Of a stretch of 32,000 nt of DNA, positions 1-8,698 are shown piece by piece (the first letter of the stretch is position 1; each line of letters starts with the position of its first letter). Made by a program: the position numbers and the translations under genes. Source of the DNA: Candidatus Saccharimonadota bacterium (lineage in GTDB: Bacteria; Pseudomonadota; Alphaproteobacteria; CAJXXZ01; 1604HC); assembly GCF_008189525.1 (NCBI RefSeq), contig NZ_CP043314.1, forward strand, positions 90,001 through 122,000, written 5' to 3'. The notes under the pieces are model-generated. The model did not search any database, was not told the DNA's origin, and saw nothing but the letters and a program-made list of their open reading frames with translations.

Positions 1-329
1 ATTCAGGTGCTAAAGAAGTTGAGTGCATAGGTCTTCCCTCTTCTAAAAAGCATGGTGCTTCAGTAGGAGATGTTATTAGAATCTCTGTAAAAAAAGCAAA
101 CCCTCAAGCTAAATTAGTTTCTAAAGGTAAGGTGTGTCATGGTGTTGTGGTCAGTACAGCTTCTCATATGAGACAAAAAGGTGGAATAATGTCTAAATCT
201 GATTCCAATTTTATTGTTTTAGTAGATGAAAAAGGTGAAATGATCGGTAATAGAGTTTTGAACCCTGTATCTAGGATTATAAAAGATAAATATCCTAAAA
301 TTGTTTCTTTAGCTCCGGAGGTGTTTTAA
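1..329 (+). CDS. rplN: 50S ribosomal protein L14 (5' end outside window)
   Basis: The frame whose first full codon is at nt 3 is open from the window edge. Its translation, SGAKEVECIGLPSSKKHGASVGDVIRISVKKA...GVVVSTASHMRQKGG...KIVSLAPEVF, aligns along its length with bacterial L14 (E. coli ends FMKIISLAPEVL). The Met at 132 in the ORF track is internal. The TAA stop at 327-329 overlaps the rplX ATG (TAATG). Confidence 0.9.
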   Translation, partial: SGAKEVECIGLPSSKKHGASVGDVIRISVKKANPQAKLVSKGKVCHGVVVSTASHMRQKGGIMSKSDSNFIVLVDEKGEMIGNRVLNPVSRIIKDKYPKIVSLAPEVF

Positions 330-670
330 TGAAAAAAAATAAGAATTTTGATATGAATACACCTAAATTTAAAATAAAAAAAGGTGATATAGTTATGGTT
401 ATCTCTGGTAAGAATAAAGGTTCTATAGGTCCTATTACTAAAATGTTTCCAAAAGAATGTAAAGCTTTAGTAGAAAACATTAACACTGTAAAGGTTCATC
501 AAAAGCCTTCTCAAGGACAGCCAGGATCTATTGTTGAAAAAACAATGCCTATTCATATATCCAACTTATCTCATGTAGAATCTGGTAAGCCTGCGAAAGT
601 TTGCTATAAGATTGATGGAGAAGAAAAAACTCTTGTTTTTAAGAAAAGTGGTAAGAAGGTTAGAGTATGA
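329..670 (+). CDS. rplX: 50S ribosomal protein L24
   Basis: It has a KOW-type motif (KIKKGDIVMVISGKNKGSIG) and sits between rplN and rplE. A GGAGGTG Shine-Dalgarno at 317-323 lies 5 nt before the ATG. Confidence 0.9.
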   Translation: MKKNKNFDMNTPKFKIKKGDIVMVISGKNKGSIGPITKMFPKECKALVENINTVKVHQKPSQGQPGSIVEKTMPIHISNLSHVESGKPAKVCYKIDGEEKTLVFKKSGKKVRV

Positions 671-1245
671 GCGAATTTAAGCAAAAATTTAATACAGAAA
701 TTAGGCCAGTTCTGAGAAATATTATGAAATTAGATAATATTCTTGCTGTGCCTACTTTGGAAAAAGTTGTTTTGAGTGCTAGCTTTGGTAGAAGCATGAA
801 GGATTCTGCTAATATGAACTTTATATTTAAAGAAATGAAGATGATATCTGGTCAGGTTCCAGTTATAGCTAAAGCTAAAAAATCTGTATCTAGTTTCTCT
901 GTAAGAGAGGGAATGGATTCATCAGCTTTTGTTACTTTGAGATCAGATAGAATGTTTGATTTCATATATGAATTTGTAAACATAACATTGCCAAGAGTTG
1001 TGGGTTTTGAAGGATTGTCATCTAAATCTTTTGATGGACAAGGTAATTATAACTTTGGATTAAAAGATCATTTGCCTTTTATAGAATCTACAGAAACTGG
1101 ATTTACATTTGGTATGAATGTAGCAATAGTTACAACAGCTGATACTGATTATAATTCAAAAATTCTTATGCAAGCTTTGAACTTTCCTTTCAAAGGAGAA
1201 GTGAATGATGTTATTAAGAAAGTTAAAGGAGGGGTTAATGGCTAG
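667..1245 (+). CDS. rplE: 50S ribosomal protein L5
   Basis: The N-terminus FNTEIRPVLRNIMKLDNILAVPTLEKVVLSASFG matches the L5 pattern (E. coli [34 protein letters not shown]). The start overlaps the rplX stop (ATGA), and the operon position is conserved. Confidence 0.92.
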   Translation: MSEFKQKFNTEIRPVLRNIMKLDNILAVPTLEKVVLSASFGRSMKDSANMNFIFKEMKMISGQVPVIAKAKKSVSSFSVREGMDSSAFVTLRSDRMFDFIYEFVNITLPRVVGFEGLSSKSFDGQGNYNFGLKDHLPFIESTETGFTFGMNVAIVTTADTDYNSKILMQALNFPFKGEVNDVIKKVKGGVNG

Positions 1246-1543
1246 TATAGGAATTGTTAACCGAAATAAAAAAAGAGTTGAAATGGAAAAAAAATATAGA
1301 GACAGAAGGAATAAGCTTAAATCTATAATGAAAAGCAAAACTGTCTCTATGAAGGAAAAGGTTGAGGCTGCTAGGAAGCTTAATTCTTTGCCTGTTAAAA
1401 GTTTTTCTACAAGAACTGCACTAAGGTGTGAAATCACTGGAAGACCTAGAGCTATTGTTAAGCAATTTGGTTTGTGTAGAATTAAGTTTAGAGAATTCGC
1501 TCTGGCAGGATACCTTCCAGGGATTAAGAAAGCTAGTTGGTGA
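1238..1543 (+). CDS. rpsN: 30S ribosomal protein S14 (long, 101-aa form)
   Basis: The C-terminus GRPRAIVKQFGLCRIKFREFALAGYLPGIKKASW is the canonical S14 end. I prefer the ATG at 1238 (MASIGIVNRNKK), which has AGGAGG at 1227-1232 five nt upstream, over the ORF-track start at 1205. Confidence 0.88.
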   Translation: MASIGIVNRNKKRVEMEKKYRDRRNKLKSIMKSKTVSMKEKVEAARKLNSLPVKSFSTRTALRCEITGRPRAIVKQFGLCRIKFREFALAGYLPGIKKASW

Positions 1544-1552
1544 GGTTTAATT

Positions 1553-1942
1553 ATGATTAATGATAGAATTTCAGATTCTTTTTCTAGAGTTAGAAATGCA
1601 CTTTTGGTTGGAAAGAAGCATGTTTCTGTATTAAACTCTGCAATAGTTAAATCTGTCTTCAAGGTTATACAAGAAGAAGGTTTTATTGAGGATATAAAGG
1701 AAAATAGCGATAGAGAGCTTTTGATAAAATTAAAATATGATAAAAAAGGTATCCCTGTAATAAGAGGTATAAGTAGAATTTCAAAATCTTCTAAAAGAGT
1801 TTACTATAAATGTAAGGACTTTGATGGAATGAGAAGAAAAGATTTTTCTATGTTCATTGTAACAACTTCAGTTGGTGTTATGTCTGACAGAGAAGCGCTA
1901 AGAAGTGGTGTTGGTGGTGAGCTAATTGGGAAGGTGTTTTAG
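1553..1942 (+). CDS. rpsH: 30S ribosomal protein S8
   Basis: The 129-aa product starts MINDRISDSFSRVRNA (S8 pattern M..DPIAD.LTRIRNA) and ends GVGGELIGKVF. The operon position is conserved. Confidence 0.92.
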   Translation: MINDRISDSFSRVRNALLVGKKHVSVLNSAIVKSVFKVIQEEGFIEDIKENSDRELLIKLKYDKKGIPVIRGISRISKSSKRVYYKCKDFDGMRRKDFSMFIVTTSVGVMSDREALRSGVGGELIGKVF

Positions 1943-2475
1943 TGTCTATTAATGCTTTAAAGCCTATCAAACTAGAAAAAGAAGTTACTGTCGTTTTGGA
2001 TGGTGATTCTGCATCAATGAAAAGCTCTGCGGGTGAGCATGTTATGCAAATTCCTTCTTTTTTGAACTTAGAGATGTATGAAGAAGAAGATCAAAAGTTT
2101 TTGAAGTTTTCTACAGAAGATAAAAAACATATACCAATGCTAGGAACTATTAAGGCTATCCTTAAATCTTTTATAGTTGGTCTTACAAAAGGGCATGTTA
2201 AAACTCTAAAATTAGAAGGTGTTGGTCACAAAGCAGAAGTTTCTGGAGATATATTGAAACTATCTTTGGGATATAGTCACCCTATTAACGCCGATATTCC
2301 TAATGGGGTTAATGTTTCTGTATCTAAAAATGAACTAAAAATTACAGGAATTGATAAACAGAAAGTGAATCAATTTAGTGCAACAGTTCAATCTTTTAGA
2401 GCTTTCAAACCATACAAAGGACCTAAAATACTAGACTCTGATAAAATATACATCATGAAAGAGAGAAAGAAGTAA
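1942..2475 (+). CDS. rplF: 50S ribosomal protein L6
   Basis: This 177-aa ORF has a GTG start overlapping the rpsH stop (TAGTG). Its length and position match L6, with an L6-like internal pattern (LKLEGVGHKAEVSGDILKLSLGYSHPI) and end (FRAFKPYKGPKI). Confidence 0.9.
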   Translation: MSINALKPIKLEKEVTVVLDGDSASMKSSAGEHVMQIPSFLNLEMYEEEDQKFLKFSTEDKKHIPMLGTIKAILKSFIVGLTKGHVKTLKLEGVGHKAEVSGDILKLSLGYSHPINADIPNGVNVSVSKNELKITGIDKQKVNQFSATVQSFRAFKPYKGPKILDSDKIYIMKERKK

Positions 2476-2864
2476 TGTCAAGAATAAGTAAAGCATTTTT
2501 AAGAAGACAAAGTAGATATAGAAATAGAATCAAATTAGCTGCAAAAAAGAAAATTGCTTCTAAAAGTAATGATTTTACAATATTAAGACTTTGCGTTTCT
2601 AAGTTTTCTAGAACTATTTTTGCACAAGTTATAAATGATGATTTAGGTCATACAGTAGCTTCTGTAAGTACGCTTTCAAAATCTTTTCCTGCTAATGAAA
2701 AGAGTTATGGTGTTAAGGCTGCTGATTGGGTTGCAAGACAAATCAGTGATAAAATGAAAAGTATTAAATACAATCAGATTATTTTTGACAAAGGTGGATA
2801 TAAAATGCATGGAATAATAAAAACTATAGCTGAAGTTTCTAGAGAAAATGGATTGGAGTTTTAA
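2475..2864 (+). CDS. rplR: 50S ribosomal protein L18
   Basis: It carries the L18 core motif LRLCVSKFSRTIFAQVINDDLGHTVASVSTLS. The start overlaps the rplF stop (TAATG). Confidence 0.88.
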   Translation: MSRISKAFLRRQSRYRNRIKLAAKKKIASKSNDFTILRLCVSKFSRTIFAQVINDDLGHTVASVSTLSKSFPANEKSYGVKAADWVARQISDKMKSIKYNQIIFDKGGYKMHGIIKTIAEVSRENGLEF

Positions 2865-2866
2865 TT

Positions 2867-3376
2867 ATGACAAAACAATATCATTCATCTACTTCTAAGT
2901 TAAAAAAGAATGTTCTTTCTTTGAACTGGGTATCTGCAACTACTAAAGGTGGAAAAAGACAAAGAATATGTGCTTTTGTTGTTGTTGGTGACGGAGCTGG
3001 AAGTGTAGGATATGCTTTAGGAAAAGCTAAAGAAGTCCCTGAGGCTGTAAAAAAAGCTATTGATAAAGCGACTGCTAACATGTTTAAGGTTCATTTGAGA
3101 GATAATAAAACTTTCCATCATGACATTAACACTAAATACTGTGGAACTAAGATTTGTATTAGATCTGCAAAATCAGGGTCAGGTATAATAGCTAATGAAA
3201 CTGTTAGATCAGCTTTGAATGCTTTAGGTGTGAAATCTGCAACAGTTAAAGTTATAGGTAGCAGTAACCCATACAACGTTATAAGAGCGTTGTTTAAAGG
3301 TTTGGAAATAATACAGCCACCTAAGCTTATTGCAGCAAGAAGAGGCATATCTGTAAAGCAAGTCATAGGTATATAA
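2867..3376 (+). CDS. rpsE: 30S ribosomal protein S5
   Basis: The motif VSATTKGGKRQRICAFVVVGDGAGSVGYALGKAKEVPEAVKKA matches the S5 core. The operon position is conserved. Confidence 0.92.
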   Translation: MTKQYHSSTSKLKKNVLSLNWVSATTKGGKRQRICAFVVVGDGAGSVGYALGKAKEVPEAVKKAIDKATANMFKVHLRDNKTFHHDINTKYCGTKICIRSAKSGSGIIANETVRSALNALGVKSATVKVIGSSNPYNVIRALFKGLEIIQPPKLIAARRGISVKQVIGI

Positions 3377-3508
3377 ATAAATTTATTTGTTTTTTTGTTA
3401 GAGGTATTCTTCAGTAAATATTAAAAATTGCTTGTTACTAAGTAGTGTTTTTGCTTATTTGAAGAATTGTTTGTTCACTTTTCCTAAAATATTTGATATG
3501 TTTGTTCT

Positions 3509-3955
3509 ATGAGTTTGAATAATTTATCTAGACCTGTTTATGTGAAGTCTAGAAAAAGAGTTGGTAGAGGAATAGGTTCTACAAAAGGAAAGACTGCTGG
3601 AAAAGGACATAAGGGTCAGAAAGCTAGAGCTGGAGCTTCTATAAAAGGAGAAGGTGGACAAACCACTCTAATTAGAAGGCTTCCAAAAGTTGGTTTTACT
3701 TCAAGAAAAAAGATAAGATCTAACGTTCATGTTTGTACGTTGAGAACTATATCTGAACTTATTAAAAGTGGTAGAATATTAGAAACTGATGTTATTGATG
3801 ATAATCTATTTAGAAATAAAGGTATTATTGCTAAGCATAAAGTTTTGAAAATAATAGGAAATGACCTGTTGAATTCTCCAATTAAAACTAGTGTAAAAAA
3901 GATCAGTGCCGGAGCTAGAAAAGCAATAGAAAGCTCTGGAGGAGAAATTTTGTAA
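3509..3955 (+). CDS. rplO: 50S ribosomal protein L15
   Basis: The glycine/lysine-rich N-terminus RKRVGRGIGSTKGKTAGKGHKGQKARAG is typical of L15. The gene lies immediately upstream of secY. Confidence 0.9.
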   Translation: MSLNNLSRPVYVKSRKRVGRGIGSTKGKTAGKGHKGQKARAGASIKGEGGQTTLIRRLPKVGFTSRKKIRSNVHVCTLRTISELIKSGRILETDVIDDNLFRNKGIIAKHKVLKIIGNDLLNSPIKTSVKKISAGARKAIESSGGEIL

Positions 3956-3958
3956 AGA

Positions 3959-5296
3959 ATGGCTGCTAAATTTAAACAAGGGTCAAGAAATTTTGTTATT
4001 AGAAATAAATCCAAAAATAAAGGATCTGTTTTTGGTAACTTAAAAGACTTAAAAGCAAAAATTATTTTTACATTCTCTATATTATGTATTTATAGGTTTT
4101 TGACACACATACCTATACCAGGTGTTGATTTGTCTGCATTGCAAGCTTTGTACTCTAAGTACAGCTCTAAGATGCTAGATTCTATTGATTCCTTTTCTGG
4201 TGGGTCATTACAAAAAGCTTCTATAATGGCCTTAGGATTAGCTCCATATATATCTTCTAGTATAATCATGCAACTTCTGGGTTCCACATCAGAGTATCTG
4301 AAGTCCTTAAAGAAAGATTCAGATGGAAACTTGAAAATAAAACAATACACAAGATATTTGACTGTTGTTATATGCTCTATACAGTCTTATGGGCTTTCTT
4401 GGGGCTTGGAATACTTTAATGATAGCGTTAATTCTCTAGTGATATTGCCTGGAATTTTCTTTAAATTATCTACAGTTGCTTCATTCCTAGGTGGTACCAT
4501 TTTAGTAATGTGGCTTGCAGAGCAAATTTCTTCAAAAGGATTAGGTAACGGATCTTCATGGATAATATTTGTAAATATATCAATATCTGGATTTGCTTAT
4601 TTCCTAAGGTTGTTAAGTAGATTAAGTGATGGATCTTTGTCTTATATTCATTTTTTGGTTTTCGTTGCTATGATTTGTCTAATAGTTTTTGCTATAATAT
4701 TTTTTGAGAAAACAGCAAGATTTATAAAAATTATTATACCTTCACAAAGAGGCTTGATGTCTAATATAGAATCTAGGAACAGAATACCAATAAAGCTTAA
4801 TGTTTCAGGTGTATTGCCTCCTATGTTTGCAGAAATTTTTGTAGGATTCTTGGCTGCTTTAGGAAATATAAGCTGGAAATCTTTAGGAGTTCCTGAGATT
4901 TTAATTTCTTTTATATCTTCAGAGTTTTTTTATATTGTTCTGAAAATGTTTGCTATAGTTCTGTTTGCATTTGTGTATTCAACTGTGGCAATGAACCCGA
5001 AAACAATGTCTCAAGATTTAGCTTCCAGCGGAAGGTTTGTGCCAGGGCATAAAACAGGAGATCAGACAGAAAAGTTCTTTGAGAGAGTTATTTTCAGAGT
5101 TACAGCGTATGGTGCTTTATATCTTATATTTATAGCGTTTGTGCCAGATATTTTTATAAAGAAGCTTAATCCATGTTTATCAATAAGTGGTACAAGTTTT
5201 TTGATTCTGGCTGGAGTTTCTATGGAGTTTGCTGAGCAAGTTCAAGTGCATGGAATGTCTTACTTTATGAGCAAGATTGCGAGCATCAAAAAATGA
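3959..5296 (+). CDS. secY: preprotein translocase subunit SecY
   Basis: The 445-aa product has about 10 hydrophobic segments. The TM1 region FSILCIYRFLTHIPIPGVD matches the SecY pattern (..FRIG..IPIPGID), and GGTILVMWLAEQISSKGLGNGSS matches the TM5 region. Its stop overlaps the adk ATG (ATGA). Confidence 0.93.
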   Translation: MAAKFKQGSRNFVIRNKSKNKGSVFGNLKDLKAKIIFTFSILCIYRFLTHIPIPGVDLSALQALYSKYSSKMLDSIDSFSGGSLQKASIMALGLAPYISSSIIMQLLGSTSEYLKSLKKDSDGNLKIKQYTRYLTVVICSIQSYGLSWGLEYFNDSVNSLVILPGIFFKLSTVASFLGGTILVMWLAEQISSKGLGNGSSWIIFVNISISGFAYFLRLLSRLSDGSLSYIHFLVFVAMICLIVFAIIFFEKTARFIKIIIPSQRGLMSNIESRNRIPIKLNVSGVLPPMFAEIFVGFLAALGNISWKSLGVPEILISFISSEFFYIVLKMFAIVLFAFVYSTVAMNPKTMSQDLASSGRFVPGHKTGDQTEKFFERVIFRVTAYGALYLIFIAFVPDIFIKKLNPCLSISGTSFLILAGVSMEFAEQVQVHGMSYFMSKIASIKK

Positions 5297-5925
5297 AGAG
5301 AATTGCTTTTATAGGGCCTCCAGGATCTGGAAAAGGAACTCAGTCAGAGATAATTTCTGATCTTTTTGATATAAATGTTTTTTCAATTGGGTTGGCTCTA
5401 AGGAGAGAAATAGAAAAGAAAACAGATCTTGGTTTTAAGGCTCAAGAGTATATATCCAAAGGAGAGTTAGTCCCTATGGATATACTGAAATGCTTTTTTA
5501 AAGATTTTTTTAAGGAAAATGAAGAGTTTATAGTGGATGGATTGCCTAGAACAGTTGACCAAGCAAAGTTCTTACAGACTTTTTTCAAAAACAACATGCC
5601 TCTTGAAATGGTTATAGAATTTGTTGTTCCAGAAGAAAGTGTTGTTGGCAGGCTTTCAAAGAGAATAGTTTGTTCTAAGTGTGGATCTCTTATCAGCTGT
5701 GTTAATGAAAAAATATGCTCTGAATGTGGATCTGTTGAGTTTGAAAAGAGACAAGATGATCTTTCTGAGCAAGCTATAAGAAAAAGAATAAGCATTTTTG
5801 GGGAAGAAATAAAAGAAATAAGAGAGTTTTATAAAAAATCTGGAGTTTTTTACTCTTTTGATGCTAGTGGAGATGTTTTGGAAATAAAGTCTAGATTGAT
5901 TGAATTGATCCAGAAAAATACTTAG
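5293..5925 (+). CDS. adk: adenylate kinase
   Basis: It has the P-loop IGPPGSGKGTQ and VDGLPRTVDQA (E. coli LDGFPRTIPQA). The LID region is Cys-rich (CSKCGS...CSECGS). The secY-adk-rpsM adjacency is typical of alphaproteobacteria. Confidence 0.92.
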   Translation: MKRIAFIGPPGSGKGTQSEIISDLFDINVFSIGLALRREIEKKTDLGFKAQEYISKGELVPMDILKCFFKDFFKENEEFIVDGLPRTVDQAKFLQTFFKNNMPLEMVIEFVVPEESVVGRLSKRIVCSKCGSLISCVNEKICSECGSVEFEKRQDDLSEQAIRKRISIFGEEIKEIREFYKKSGVFYSFDASGDVLEIKSRLIELIQKNT

Positions 5926-5940
5926 TTTAGTTTGTTAATA

Positions 5941-5968
5941 TTGATTTTTAGACACTTATATTTATAAT
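5941..5968 (+). promoter_or_regulatory. candidate sigma70-type promoter for rpsM-rpsK-rpoA-rplQ
   Basis: TTGATT (5941-5946), a 16-nt spacer and TATAAT (5963-5968) lie 23 nt upstream of the rpsM GTG. GGGGG at 5979-5983 could serve as the RBS. Matches like this arise easily by chance in AT-rich DNA. Confidence 0.25.
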
Positions 5969-5990
5969 TTGTCTTATTGGGGGTTTTTTA

Positions 5991-6338
5991 GTGAGAATAG
6001 CTGGAGAAAGTTTAAAAGAAAATAAAGCTATAGAATGTGCTTTAACCTATGTCTATGGAATAGGAAAGTATACCGCTTTCGTTATATGTGAAGAGCTTGG
6101 TATCTTAGGAAAGAAAGTTAAAGAGCTAGGTGACAAGCATATGGTTCAAATTCAAAGCTTAATTGAAGAGTTAGATATTCCTATAGGATCTGAGCTTCAA
6201 AAAAGAAAGAGGAATGCAATTATGCGTTTAGTTAATATGAGGTGCTACAGAGGAATAAGGCTTCAAAAGGGTCTTCCTGTTAGAGGGCAAAGAACTCATT
6301 CTAATGCAAAAACTGCTTCTAGAGTAAGGGGGTATTAA
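5991..6338 (+). CDS. rpsM: 30S ribosomal protein S13
   Basis: The GTG-start product begins MRIAGESLKENKAIECALTYVYGIGKYTA (E. coli [29 protein letters not shown]). Confidence 0.92.
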   Translation: MRIAGESLKENKAIECALTYVYGIGKYTAFVICEELGILGKKVKELGDKHMVQIQSLIEELDIPIGSELQKRKRNAIMRLVNMRCYRGIRLQKGLPVRGQRTHSNAKTASRVRGY

Positions 6339-6340
6339 TT

Positions 6341-6730
6341 TTGTCAAAAAAGAAAAGAGTAGGTGTTAAGAAAAAGTCTGTACATAAATCTGGAAAAGTG
6401 TACATAAAAGCAACTTCTAATAATACTATTATGACATTGGTTTCAAATGAAACTAAGCAGGTTATAGCTTGGTGTTCTCCTGGTGTTGTTAATATAAAAG
6501 GATCTAGAAAATCAACCCCTTATGCTGCTCAAACTGCAGCAAACAAGCTTTCAGAAAAAATGCATGAATTTGGTATGGTTGAAGTTGATATAGTTTTAGT
6601 TGGATTAGGTAGTGGAAGAGATTCTGCAATGAAAGCTATTCAAGGTAATGGTTTTAGAATAAATAGCGTAGAAGACAGAACTTCTTTTCCTCATAACGGA
6701 TGTAAGCTTCCTAGGAGGCCTCGTGTCTGA
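6341..6730 (+). CDS. rpsK: 30S ribosomal protein S11
   Basis: It has a TTG start preceded by AAGGGGG. The core GKVYIKATSNNTIMTLVSNETKQVIAWCSPG...GSRKSTPYAAQTAA and the C-terminus PHNGCKLPRRPRV match S11. Confidence 0.92.
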   Translation: MSKKKRVGVKKKSVHKSGKVYIKATSNNTIMTLVSNETKQVIAWCSPGVVNIKGSRKSTPYAAQTAANKLSEKMHEFGMVEVDIVLVGLGSGRDSAMKAIQGNGFRINSVEDRTSFPHNGCKLPRRPRV

Positions 6731-7787
6731 AGATAAGATTTTAAGCCCTGATTCTTTTAATAATGTAGAAGCTTTTGTGGATTCAGCTTCAGTTTGGGAC
6801 TCTTCTATGAGTGCAGGAGGAAGTGATGATTCTATTCCTTTGGAGCAAGGTGAGCTTAGAGGTGTTTTTGAACACGGCCCACTAAAGCCAGGTTATTCAG
6901 TTACTCTTGGAAATCCTTTAAGAAGAGTTTTAATGTCTTCTATAGAAGGAGTAGCATTATGTGGAATAAAAATAAAAGACGTGCATACTGAGCTTTCTTC
7001 TAAAAAAGGAGCAAAGGAAGATGTTGCTGAGATTATAATCAATATGAAAAACATAGTGTTTAAAGCTGATATAGAGCTTTTTACATTTGACTTGATTGTT
7101 GAGAAATCTGGAAAAGTTTTTGCTAAAGATTTGGATCTTCCTAATGGCATAGAAATTCTTAATAAAGATGCATATCTTTTTACTTTGGATGACTCTGCTT
7201 CTTTGGAAATTAGTCTTGTTTTGAAAAAAGGTATTGGTTACTCCCAAGCAAATGACATAACTCTTCCAGATGAAAGTTACATAAAGCTAGATGCTGTGTT
7301 TAGTCCTATAAAAAGGGTTGTATTTAGCTCTGCTTCTACTATGGTTGGTCAAAACACTGAATATGAGATTCTGGTTGTTGAGATAGTAACAAATGGATTT
7401 GTTGAGCCAGGAAAAGCTTACAAGCAAGCAAGTGAAATTCTAGTTAATGAGTTTGGCAGAATGCATAAGGTTTTTGATGAAGTTAAAGAGACTGAAGAAG
7501 AATTAGAAGAAGTAAACGAAAGTTTATTTGATTTAATAAGCGCAGATCATTTTCCTTTAAGAGCTGTGAAAGTTATGCATGAATCAGGTATGACTTTTGT
7601 TGGTGACATAGTTGTGAAAAATAAAGAAGATTTGATGAAGATGGGTAAAGTAGGTTCTGTTACAATAAACAAAGTAATCAATGTTCTAGAAAGTAAGTAT
7701 GGATTTTCTTTGGAAACCGAGATAGAAAATTGGGAATCTTTAAGAAACAAAAGAATTGAAGAAACAGAAGAAGAAGGTGGTGAGTAA
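6723..7787 (+). CDS. rpoA: DNA-directed RNA polymerase subunit alpha
   Basis: GNPLRRVLMSSIEGVA matches E. coli GNALRRILLSSMPG. The C-terminal domain motif is LRAVKVMHESGMTFVGDIV...KMGKVGSVTINKV. The GTG start at 6723 has AGGAGG (6713-6718) 4 nt upstream and overlaps the rpsK end. An alternative ATG at 6804 would remove about 27 aa of N-terminal extension. Confidence 0.9.
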   Translation: MSEDKILSPDSFNNVEAFVDSASVWDSSMSAGGSDDSIPLEQGELRGVFEHGPLKPGYSVTLGNPLRRVLMSSIEGVALCGIKIKDVHTELSSKKGAKEDVAEIIINMKNIVFKADIELFTFDLIVEKSGKVFAKDLDLPNGIEILNKDAYLFTLDDSASLEISLVLKKGIGYSQANDITLPDESYIKLDAVFSPIKRVVFSSASTMVGQNTEYEILVVEIVTNGFVEPGKAYKQASEILVNEFGRMHKVFDEVKETEEELEEVNESLFDLISADHFPLRAVKVMHESGMTFVGDIVVKNKEDLMKMGKVGSVTINKVINVLESKYGFSLETEIENWESLRNKRIEETEEEGGE

Positions 7788-8161
7788 TGCGTCATAAGCA
7801 GAATAAAAGCAAGCTTAACATGAAAGGTGGTCATAGAAAAAGTCTTTTTATGAACCTATCTAAGTCTTTAATAAAAACTATTTCTGATGATAAGAAGATC
7901 AAAACAACTCTTGCTAAAGCTAAAGCTTTTAAACCTAAGGTCGAAAGAATGATTACCACAATGAAAGGTTTTGATTCAGATGAGAAAATAGCTTCTGTTA
8001 GAAGAGCTGTTAGTTTCTTTGGAGATAAGGAATTTGTTATGAAACATATATCTCTTGTTTCTGATAAATATAAAGATAGAAATGGTGGGTACACCAGGAT
8101 TATCAAGCTTCCTAGGAGAAAATCTGATGGTTCTAAAATGTGTTTTGTGGAGCTTGTCTAG
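7787..8161 (+). CDS. rplQ: 50S ribosomal protein L17
   Basis: The product begins MRHKQNKSKLNMKGGHRKSLFMNLSKSLI (E. coli [29 protein letters not shown]). The start overlaps the rpoA stop (TAATG). Confidence 0.9.
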   Translation: MRHKQNKSKLNMKGGHRKSLFMNLSKSLIKTISDDKKIKTTLAKAKAFKPKVERMITTMKGFDSDEKIASVRRAVSFFGDKEFVMKHISLVSDKYKDRNGGYTRIIKLPRRKSDGSKMCFVELV

Positions 8162-8174
8162 AAAATTTTAGAAT

Positions 8175-8200
8175 TTCAATGTTCCACGTGGAACATTGAA
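8175..8200. repeat. perfect 26-bp palindrome, copy 1 of 2, function unknown
   Basis: TTCAATGTTCCACGTGGAACATTGAA is self-complementary about the 8187/8188 centre. It begins 14 nt after the rplQ stop. The 20-bp core AATGTTCCACGTGGAACATT is identical to the copy at 8701-8720. Confidence 0.85.
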
Positions 8201-8698
8201 GTAATTTTACTTATTTATTTGTAAGTTTTTTTCGTTTTTTTTGTTATCTAAATGTTTTAAATGTCTTTTGATATTATTGAGAGGCTATACTTTTCCTGTA
8301 AACTAAATTTATATAGATTTTTTATATTATGACTTATTGAGAACTAAATGATATATTGTTTATGATTTTTTCTATATCTATAATTTATTATATTAAGAGA
8401 TATTTATGTTCATACATTGTTGAATTAAATGGAAAACACTGAATTTTTCTGGATCATTATAAAGAAAATATGATATTTTATTAGAAACTTGTAAATTTTT
8501 TAATAAAAAACTTATTCATTTAGATTATTGAATTATAAAGGGCTTAATTTTAGTATTTATTTTTTTTATATGGAGATATTTATGTTGCTAAAGATTAAGA
8601 GCAGATTTTTTAAAGAAACTACTATTTTCTATGATGATATTTTTAGTTTCCTTGCTTGTTTTTATAGATAAAAATCATAAAGTATTTTTGCTCTTTTA

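Noticed and set aside
132-329. The ORF track gives a 65-aa ORF as a stand-alone gene.
   Set aside because: The same frame stays open back to the window edge, and the upstream translation continues the L14 alignment. The Met at 132 is therefore internal to rplN.
1205-1237. The ORF-track start for rpsN is 1205 (MMLLRKLKEGL...).
   Set aside because: The ATG at 1238 has a strong AGGAGG 5 nt upstream and gives the canonical 101-aa S14. The 1205 start would add 11 non-homologous residues lying inside rplE.
1156-1662. A 168-aa minus-strand ORF spans rplE, rpsN and rpsH.
   Set aside because: It is antisense to three well-supported ribosomal protein genes and resembles nothing I recognise. Similar antisense ORFs in the r-protein, secY, adk, rpoA, leuS, comF, lipA, tsaD, comEC and prfB regions were rejected for the same reason. 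Examples are 295-486, 2881-3081, 3118-3366, 3727-4014, 4090-4350, 5442-5795, 6893-7247, 7547-8106, 10497-11228, 11781-12131, 12292-12957, 14831-15040, 23964-24305, 28196-28399, 29270-29560 and 30194-30726.
3377-3508. I searched for a degraded rpmD remnant in the rpsE-rplO spacer.
   Set aside because: All three forward frames contain multiple stops and no L30-like peptide stretch is visible. I therefore report absence only, not a pseudogene.
8397-8671. A 14-nt direct repeat, GAGATATTTATGTT, occurs at 8397-8410 and 8573-8586. A 33-aa mini-ORF (8570-8671, MEIFMLLKIKSRFFKETTIFYDDIFSFLACFYR) lies in the rplQ-tsaB spacer.
   Set aside because: A single 14-mer repeat in very AT-rich DNA is weak evidence. 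The mini-ORF has no Shine-Dalgarno and no recognisable family, and I cannot assess its conservation. It is worth a glance only if the spacer proves to be transcribed.
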